A DNA stretch of 64,000 nucleotides from the human T2T-CHM13v2.0 reference genome, Homo sapiens, in assembly GCF_009914755.1 (NCBI RefSeq), contig NC_060929.1. The stretch is one strand, 5' to 3'. Made by a program: the position numbers and the translations under genes. This document shows positions 54,080-64,000 of the stretch, in pieces. The first letter of the stretch is position 1. Every line of letters starts with the position of its first letter. The notes beneath the pieces were generated by a model that saw only the letters and a program-made list of their open reading frames with translations, did no database searches and was not told the DNA's origin.

Positions 54080-54605
54080 GACCATCAGAATAAACTATTG
54101 ATCAAACAAAGCTAAGTTTATTAACCTGCAGTAAGAGAGTGCAACACCTTGAAAAAGTCCTTATAATTCTCAAAAGGGAGAGGTCACAGGTAGATATTTA
54201 TAAACATTAAGGGTCTGAGCTCAAGTGGTTTAAAGTCAGGCCTTTCAAGGAAGAAATCTGGTGGAAATTCGGCAAAGTTCATGATATTATAGTTTAGAAT
54301 TGGTGGACATTGTGATAAGAGGGTCTTGAAGTCCTGAAAAATAGATCTTTGATAAACAAGTTATTAGACTTGGAGAGGAATCTGTTGTCCTGAAAAGGGG
54401 TTTATTTTTTCAAATGAGCAATCTATCATCTGAATAAATTGGTTTTCAGAAATTTTCTGAAGTAAACATTGATGTTATTTATTGTACACCGTCTTATCTT
54501 CCTGGACAAGAATTTTCTTGAACAAATAGTAAAGTCATAGTGACACAGATGGTTTGTTTTCCATACTGATAGTTAAGCTATGAGGATGCAGGTGGTCTCA
54601 GTTAG
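54080..54605 (-). mobile_element. Old LTR, copy 2 (same family as 50820-51290)
   Basis: Shared colinear blocks with copy 1; plus-strand tttatt is AATAAA on the minus strand. Confidence 0.55.
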
Positions 54606-54946
54606 AGATAAGAACGGACCTATTGAAGAGGAAAGCCTACAGAACTGGGTATGATTAGACTTCATAGGGTCTGGTTATGATCTGACCAACAAACTAGCTG
54701 GAAGATTTGAACAAATGACATCACCTTTCTGAGCCTCACTGGACTTAACAGCTGGACTGACACTACCTGGGACACCACCACACAGAGCCCAGAGTGAACA
54801 GAGTGCAGCTCTTCACCCAGAGCTATGCCCCTCTACCCTTTGTATAATTCCTGGTTCATGGGACGGTAACAGATTTGAGGTCTGTCATACCTGGGCATCA
54901 GAATGAAAAGTTGCCTCCTGGTAGGTGAGTTGCCTCTATTGAATGT

Positions 54947-55266
54947 TGCTGCAGTCTGAATGTTTGTGTCTACCCAAAATTCATATTTTGAAATCCTAAA
55001 CCCTAAGGTGATGGGGCTTTTTGATAGGTGATTAGGTCATCAGGGTTGAGTCCTCATGATCGGGATTAGTGTCCTTATAAATCAGGCACAGAAAGTGACC
55101 TTGCTGCTTTCACTGTGTAGGGATGGGACCACACCAGACAGTGAATCTGCTGGCAGCATGATCTCGGACTTCTCAGCCTCCAGAACTGTGAGAAATAAAT
55201 GTTCGTTGTTTATAAACCACCCAGTTTATGGTATTTTTGTTAAAGCAGCCTAAATGAACTAAGACA
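54947..55266 (+). mobile_element. MLT1A0-like MaLR LTR, internally deleted
   Basis: 'tctgaatgtttgtgtc...cccaaaattcata' to 'gaactaagaca'; exact TSD AATGT. Confidence 0.88.
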
Positions 55267-55889
55267 AATGTTTATATAACTTGGGTTTTCCAAGGCCTCA
55301 CCACATTGTAAGTAGAAATAGGGTTACGTTAACAGTAACAACTAAACTTTAGTGGTTCTTGCCACTAGCAAGGCAAGCAAGACCCTACTACTTCCTGGGG
55401 AGAAGGGAGTCTCGCAAGGGCTCCTTGCATATGTGCACATACACAAGTCAAGGCCACTGCTGCTTCTGCTACCCCTTCTCAGTGCTATTGCTCCTATCCA
55501 GCGTCTGCTGGGAACCCCTCTCCCAGAAGGTCTAAGAGGAACTGCCTGGTGTCCCAGGTATCTCCTGAGAAAGGGACCACTGTTGTGCTGGCTCCCTCAG
55601 GGAGCTAGAGCTGCCCAGAGGTCTCTGGGGACAGGGAAATTGGCTCTCCCCATTTTGTGTTATAATCAGTTGAATGATCCCTATGGTATCCTTGAATTCC
55701 TTTGTGTTATAGAGTTTAGTAAAACAACACTTTCAATTGATCCTCCCAGTTAGAGGTATATTGAATACACATTTTGGCCATATATGGAAAGGCGTAGTTT
55801 GGCATAAGCTGAGGCTAAAGATAAATATCAGCATCATAGAGTACACTTATGGAATGTGAATACATCTGAAATTTTATTTTAAAATTGAT

Positions 55890-56870
55890 GATTATACTAT
55901 ACAATTCCATTTATATAAACTTCTCAAAAGATGAAACAATTGGGATGGAGAACTAGTAGCTGTTCCTAGTGTCATGGAGTAGGGTATTATGAGGAAGCTT
56001 TTTAGGTGGTGAAACTGATCCAGATGGTGATCCTACTGGTGGTTACATGAACAATGTTTGTGTTAAAATTTACAGAACTGTAACTGTCTAATGGGTTCTT
56101 CTTGCCTGCTGCTCAGATAAAGCTGATTTATCAAGATAGGGCAATTGCAGTAGAGAAAGAGTTTAATACAAATAGAGCCAGCTAAACAGGAGACCAGAGT
56201 TTTATTATTACCCAAATCAGCCTCCCTGAAAATTTGGAGGCTAGAGTTTTTCAAGAGTAATTTGGTGGGCAAAGGAATGGGTGCTGCTGATTGGTTGGGG
56301 ATGCAATCATATGGGTGTGGAAAATGGTCCTCGTGTGCCCTGAGTCAGCTTCCAGTAAGGGTCCACAGAGGAGTCACTGGTTCAGGACACTGGGTCATCA
56401 GAAATGCAAAAGCCTGACAAGACATCTCAAAAGGTCAACTTTAGGTTCTACAATAGTAATTTTAGGTTCTACAATAGTAACGTTATTTACAGGAGTAATT
56501 GAGGAAGTTGAAAATCTTGTGACCTCTGGAATAATGGCTGGTAATCACTTAACTATGCCTATATCTTAGCAGAATTCAGGCCCTCCTGTCTTCGTAAACT
56601 GGTGGCCTTTCATTAGTTTTACAAAGGCAGTTTAGTTTTGGAAAGAGCTATTATCATTTAAACTATAACCTAAATTTCTCCCAAAGTTAGCTTAGGCCAT
56701 GCCCAGGAATGAAGGGCAGTTTGGAGGTTAAAGGCAAGGTGGAGTTGGTTAGGTCAAATTTCTTTCACTGTCAAAGTTTTCTCAGTGTTGCAATTTTTGC
56801 AAAGGTGGTTTCAGAACTGTACATCAAAAGGAAAAAAAATCAATTTTACTGTATGATAATTTTAACAATA
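55890..56870 (+). mobile_element. L1ME 3' end split by LTR8
   Basis: 'aattccatttatataaac...ggtggttacatga...aaaatttacagaac' resumes as 'gaactgtacatcaaaa...aattttactgtatg'. Confidence 0.75.
56079..56813 (-). mobile_element. LTR8 (A/B-like) ERV1 solo LTR
   Basis: 'tgtaactgtctaatgggttcttcttgcctgctgc' to 'tttgcaaaggtggtttca'; exact 4-bp TSD GAAC. Confidence 0.9.
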
Positions 56871-56998
56871 ATATAAATTAATGATTAGTGCAGGGTTTTT
56901 TTTTAAGTTGTATAAAATTTTTATAGTTTGACATGATAGTGACTCAGAATTTTCAGCTGCCAGATTCCTTTTGTGGTCACCATCGCATGTTTCTGATA

Positions 56999-57867
56999 CA
57001 GATTGAATATCCCTTGTCCTAAATGCTTGGAACTGGAAGTGTTTTGGATTTCATTTTTTTGAAATATTTTGGGATATACACAATGAGATATCTCACTGAT
57101 GAGAACTGTCTAAACACAGAATTCTTTTCTATTTCATATACACCTTTTACACTGACAACTGAAATGAGTAATTGAAGCATAAGTTTCAAAGCATCAAGCT
57201 TTGTTGAGCCAGCTTGAAGGCATACCTGGGAAAATAGAGAGTCACAGAAGCATGTGTGACTGTTTTTTCCAAAGAGGTTCTTAGGAGGTTTAGTATTTAT
57301 ATATTTTCCTTAAAAGGCAGGGGAGGTGGTGGGGCAGCAGTGAGACAAATGATTACATACTTGTAAAACTTTAGTTAGTGCCTGGTAAATCTACATCTTA
57401 CATAAAATAAGGTGAGCATAATGAATCTCATCTGGACTGTTACGTATCTGGGAAGATAAGCTAGTAGTCTTTTGGAAAGGCTGGTTTCTGTTTAGCTGTT
57501 AAGGAAGAAAACCTAACGACTGTTAGCGAGGGTGGGGATATAATGAGGCATATGCCAAATCTCCCATCCCATCATAGCCATGAATTCAGCTTCCAAGGTT
57601 TTGCTGGGGTTCCCTTGGCCAAGAGAGAATCCGCTGGGTCAGTCGGAGGGACTTAGAGTTTTATTTTTATTTCCTAACAAATAGCCTGAAGATAATTTTA
57701 TACATATTTTAAAATAGTTTTGTTCATGAAGCAAAGTTTTGATTGGTACCCATCACATGAGATCAGGTGTAAAATTTTCTACTTGTGGCATCATGTTGGC
57801 ATTGAAAAAGTTTCAGATTTTGGAGCATTTCAGATTTCAGATTTTCAGATTAGGGATGTTCAACCTG
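56999..57867. mobile_element. Tigger4b/MER46-type element split by an LTR
   Basis: Terminal inverted repeats 'cagattgaatatccct' and 'agggatgttcaacctg', flanked by TA. Confidence 0.85.
57152..57679 (-). mobile_element. ERV1 MER4-group solo LTR
   Basis: 'ggggttcccttggccaagag...ggggacttagagttttatttttatttcctaaca'. Confidence 0.75.
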
Positions 57868-59135
57868 TACTAAGGAGTTACTGGCTTTCGAATGGCATGT
57901 TTAATAATTTCACCTTCTGGGGAATAACACAGCCAAATACAAATCAGGAAAATGTCTTTCAGTAATTTGTTTTCTAGAAGAAACTTTGCATGCATTTACA
58001 TAGCTTAGATAAATGAGAAACTCCGAAGCTTCAACTATTGAAAATATTTGCTAGCTTGTAAAAATCAATTTAATATTAGAATAGTCTCTATAAATTCAAA
58101 ATAAGAAATTGTCTTCTGTGTTCTGAAGTTTGATTTGTGAATAAAATGCATGTCAGAACTCAGCTAAAATACATTCATTTTTTTCTATCAAATTTTACTT
58201 ATCTTTTTGGTGTATATGATTTCAGATACATTTCTCTCCATGAAATTTTGAAATGTCAGATGGCATTCTGCTTTTAATTCAGCCTCATATAATGCAAAAA
58301 ATAAGACTTATGACTTACTGGAATTAAATAATTAAAAATATCATTCTTTAAGCTTACTTTTTGAGTATTGTGAATGCAATTATACCAAAACAATTCTACA
58401 AAGATTCTAATTATGAAGTAATCTAATATCATCATAGTAATTTATATAAGCTTTTGTTGACTCAATACAATTATATTATTTTCTACATTAGTTATCTAGC
58501 TAATCCTCTTAATATTCCTACTGCCATTCAAGCTCCCAAATTTAATTACTTAAACATTTTATTAATAGCTTTTTTTTTAACATAAATTAACAGCTCTCAT
58601 AAACATTATTTGTTGGAATATCTTATTTTGGGGATAAGCCGTATACATTTCTTCCTCAGCTGACTGGTAGAATTTCAACATATAAAGCACCTAAGAAGAT
58701 TTCACTCCAAGTTAGAATGCTTACATATGTTTGAAAGGCAATGTAGAGATATTAACAATATCTTTAATGACATGCCTTCTTTAAGTAGCTGATGTTGTTA
58801 CACTGATTAGATATGTAATCATATGATCACAGGGATGCCAGAAAGAATGATGAAGTGGGCTCTCTGAAGGCTGAAGCAGAAAGACTGATTATTGCCAAAT
58901 GCTGAACCAAAACCAAGTCTGTGCAGTCCTACTTACAAGCTTTTCTATCAACAACATGGGCACCTACTTCCTGTTGACAAAGTCTGAAAAAGAAAAAACA
59001 AAACAAAATACACCCACACAGTCATGAATCAATTGAGCTGGGTAGAGCAGTGTCTAAAAAACAGAAGATACCATGCTGTATTGAGAAGTACTTCTCCTTC
59101 TGACTCTGGCTTAATTACTGAATCCTGCCAGGTTC

Positions 59136-59466
59136 TCTTTTTCTTTTTCTCTTTTCTTTTTTCTTTCTTTCTTTTTTTTTTTTTTTTTTTTTTAGACTGA
59201 GTTTTGCTCTTGTTGCCCAGGCTGGACTGCAATGGCGCGATCTTGGCTCACAGCAACCTCCGCCTCAGCCTCCCGAGTAGATGGGATTACAGGCGCCTGC
59301 CACTATGCCTGGCTAATTTTTGTATTTTTTTTTTTTTTTTTTTTTTTAAGAGACAGAGTTTTACCATGTTGGCCAAGCTGGTCCTGAACTCCTGACCTCA
59401 GGTAATCCACTGGCCTCGGCCTCCCAAAGTGCTGGGATTACAGGTATGAGCCTCCGCGCCCAGCCA
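59136..59466 (-). mobile_element. AluS with internal deletion and expanded middle A tract
   Basis: 'aacctccgcctcagcctccc' lacks ~25 nt between two gcctc; T23 at 59325-59347. Confidence 0.93.
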
Positions 59467-59717
59467 TGGTTCCGTCTTTTTCTAAGTCCTCATGACTTGA
59501 TTGTGCACAGGCCCACCGTTCCAACCTTCCATGCTATCATATATTCCTGAGTGTATCTAAGTTCCTGTTAGCCTTCTGCTACATGTATATACATATACAT
59601 ATTATTTTTTAGTACCTGCTAAATAACAGGCACTATGTATGCTAAAAAAGAGAGTGTATATCTATCTATATTCATATGTGTGTATATATTTCTAATACAT
59701 TTCTAATATAATTTTAT

Positions 59718-60680
59718 GAGGGACTTCCACTTAAACATGGGGATTGAATGTACATATTTTTCTATTTCTCCACAAAAACGACAGCAAAAGAATTTTTTAA
59801 AACGGCATAAGCTTGCAAGGACAAAGGCAATGGAAAAGAAGCTGACACACAACATTTCAGAAACTGGAAGCAGCCAGGCAGGTCATAATTGACTTGGGAA
59901 CAGAGTGAGCAGAAACCTAAGGCAAGTAAGGGAAATGCATCAGTAAGCTAATTTACTCCATAGAATTCCAGGAAGACTTGGAAAATTGAGGATCCAGGGA
60001 CTTATGGAAGTGGGGACACTGGTGGGTTTCAAACACAGGAGGGTCAGTTGAAAATTTATAAATGAAGCAGTTAAAATATTTTCACCCACCTCATGTCATT
60101 GGATGACTACCTTTCACTCACGCCGGTTCTAAACATACACCCTCTGGAGAGGCTGATTCCAAAGGGATTCAGGACTCAGATGTGGCAACCATTGCTGAGA
60201 AAAAGGCTACAATATTAGAACCAGACTACCATATTAGAACCAAGTACATATTCTGCATTGAGAAACCCCAGCTCCTTCTCATACTCAGCTGGTAGAATTA
60301 TGGCACCAAAGAGATTGGAGTAAGATCACCAGGAAAACCAACAATCCAAGAAAAAAAATCTAAAAACAGCAACAGGTTTTTGGATGTCCTTCAGTGAAAT
60401 GTCCAAGCAAGAATATCCCCATGAAGCTTTCCAGTCAACAAACCTTGTACACACACAGGATTTTCACTTGGCTTTCTAATGTCTAACTCTTCAATACGAA
60501 CTGACTGCCAAGGATTATCAGACAATGTGAGGAAAACCTCTCGCATAAAAGACCAAAAAACAGAAAAGAAACTAAGATGACACAAGAACTGTGAGGTGAG
60601 CAACAGAAAGTCTAAAGCAAATTCTAATAAATACCAGAAGGTAACACATCCATGAAATGGATGGAAATGAGCCATGTAAG
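59718..60680 (+). mobile_element. HAL1 / ancient L1-like 5' remnant
   Basis: 'gagggacttccac..aacatgg...gcataa...caaggacaaag', 'caaggattatcagaca'. Confidence 0.6.
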
Positions 60681-61473
60681 AATTTGACTTGTAAACAATG
60701 TAACTATATTACTCCTACAAATTTATTTCTTTAATTTAAAAAACGAATTAGTAAATAAAACAGCCATGTGTAATGACTCTTACAAGAAAGAAAATTGGAG
60801 CTCAGATTAAAGAATATGCCCAGAGTGACACATTTGAAGCTGGGTGTGTCTCATTGCAGGTCCAGACATTTCCAGATTTCTCCTGGAGTCCAAGGGGCAT
60901 GTCAGTGGACCCCGGATGTTTCAAGCAGTATCTTGGATTGCTCTTGGGAAAAATCTCTCTACATTCTTCACCCTTAGGTTACTGTCACCCTTCATTACTA
61001 CTACAAATCTTCCTCAAGACAAGTTTCAGGCTGGGGATATACATTGAAGAACTTCAACTCTTTCTTAAGTTCTTAAGTGAGAGAGCAATCTCATCAGCAT
61101 ATTTTTTGAAAGCCACTGCTCAGATCAAAAGCAGGCCTGGGAATGATTCAGGAAGAAACACTTGGCTCTTGTACCATGAGACCTGAACCTGGAATTTCTC
61201 TTGAGGTCTTCCTTGATGGACGGAATGCTTTTATTCTTCTTATTCAAGAAAACGAGTTCACATAGGTCATGGTACTAGTAACCTTAGCATAACAAGAAGG
61301 AAGGATGGAATTATAAAATGCTCTTGGGTATGTTTTTTCTTCTCCTTCATCCTGAATAACCCTAGGGCTATGTGGGGAGAGAGGAGACTACATTCTCAAC
61401 AGTGAGACCTAGTTCCTGGCAAGGTAAGTTTGTGTTTTGAAACTAGCTGCTTGTTAGCATATGCGTAAATTAT

Positions 61474-61741
61474 AGAAAAAAGGAAAATGTTCACAGGAGT
61501 CAAACTTGTTCTCCTCTTCCTCTTCTTCGTAAGTTCTAGAGCTGACAAACACTGGGGTATACTGCAATAAACCATGTTCCAATTCCTATAAAAAATACTA
61601 ATTATTGTCAGAATTATTTCATGAATCCTGAACACATTTGATGCTCATTGACTTCAAGAAAAGGGACGAGACTGGCTGCTACAAGAAGGCATCTACAAAA
61701 CATTTGAGAATGCCAGGAGTGCAAAGAATGAATTGCTAGGA
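61474..61741. repeat. Donor copy of a 268-bp local duplication
   Basis: Matches 62180-62448 except 3 substitutions and a 1-nt indel. Confidence 0.98.
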
Positions 61742-61949
61742 TTTTCTGTGTTCACCCCTATTCAACTAGCCTTAAACATGGGAATAAAAATGTTTTAAGT
61801 ACACGTACATGAACATGTATATATGTGTATGCATATCAGAGGCTTGGTCAAAACTCAGCCAACATAGGCTAGAAACTGCTTTGCCACTCTTGGAAGCCAC
61901 AGATTTGCTGTTTTAACTTCTCTGCACTTATATTTCTAACTTGTAAAAT

Positions 61950-64000
<2,051 letters not shown>

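Overview
This is primate, very probably human-lineage, non-coding DNA (intergenic or intronic). It contains AluJ/S/Y, L1PA/L1M, MIR, L2, MaLR and ERV1 LTRs (including a complete HERV-W LTR17 solo LTR) and MER/Tigger DNA transposons, many nested and with target-site duplications (TSDs). I found no protein-coding gene, RNA gene or CRISPR array. The listed ORFs come from repeats, low-complexity sequence or chance. Five structures go beyond ordinary repeat annotation. (1) A ~150-bp element at 21370-21519 made of two overlapping, mutually exclusive inverted repeats; its inverted arm reads across the head-to-tail junction of a 77-bp unit. (2) A young 268-bp non-tandem templated insertion (61474-61741 copied to 62180-62448) inside an old L1 5' region; a related L1 in the same window shows the likely empty site. 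(3) An orphan L1 5'UTR at ~49600-50565 carrying a 103-nt CpG-intact G tract followed by a TATA-like box, an Inr-like site and a splice donor. (4) A divergent pair of CTCF motifs at 3.3 and 4.5 kb. (5) An LTR17 inserted into a MaLR LTR. Repeat subfamily names come from recalled consensus sequences, not a search, and boundaries without a TSD are approximate. Nothing here proves a new biological system; the top findings are testable candidates.
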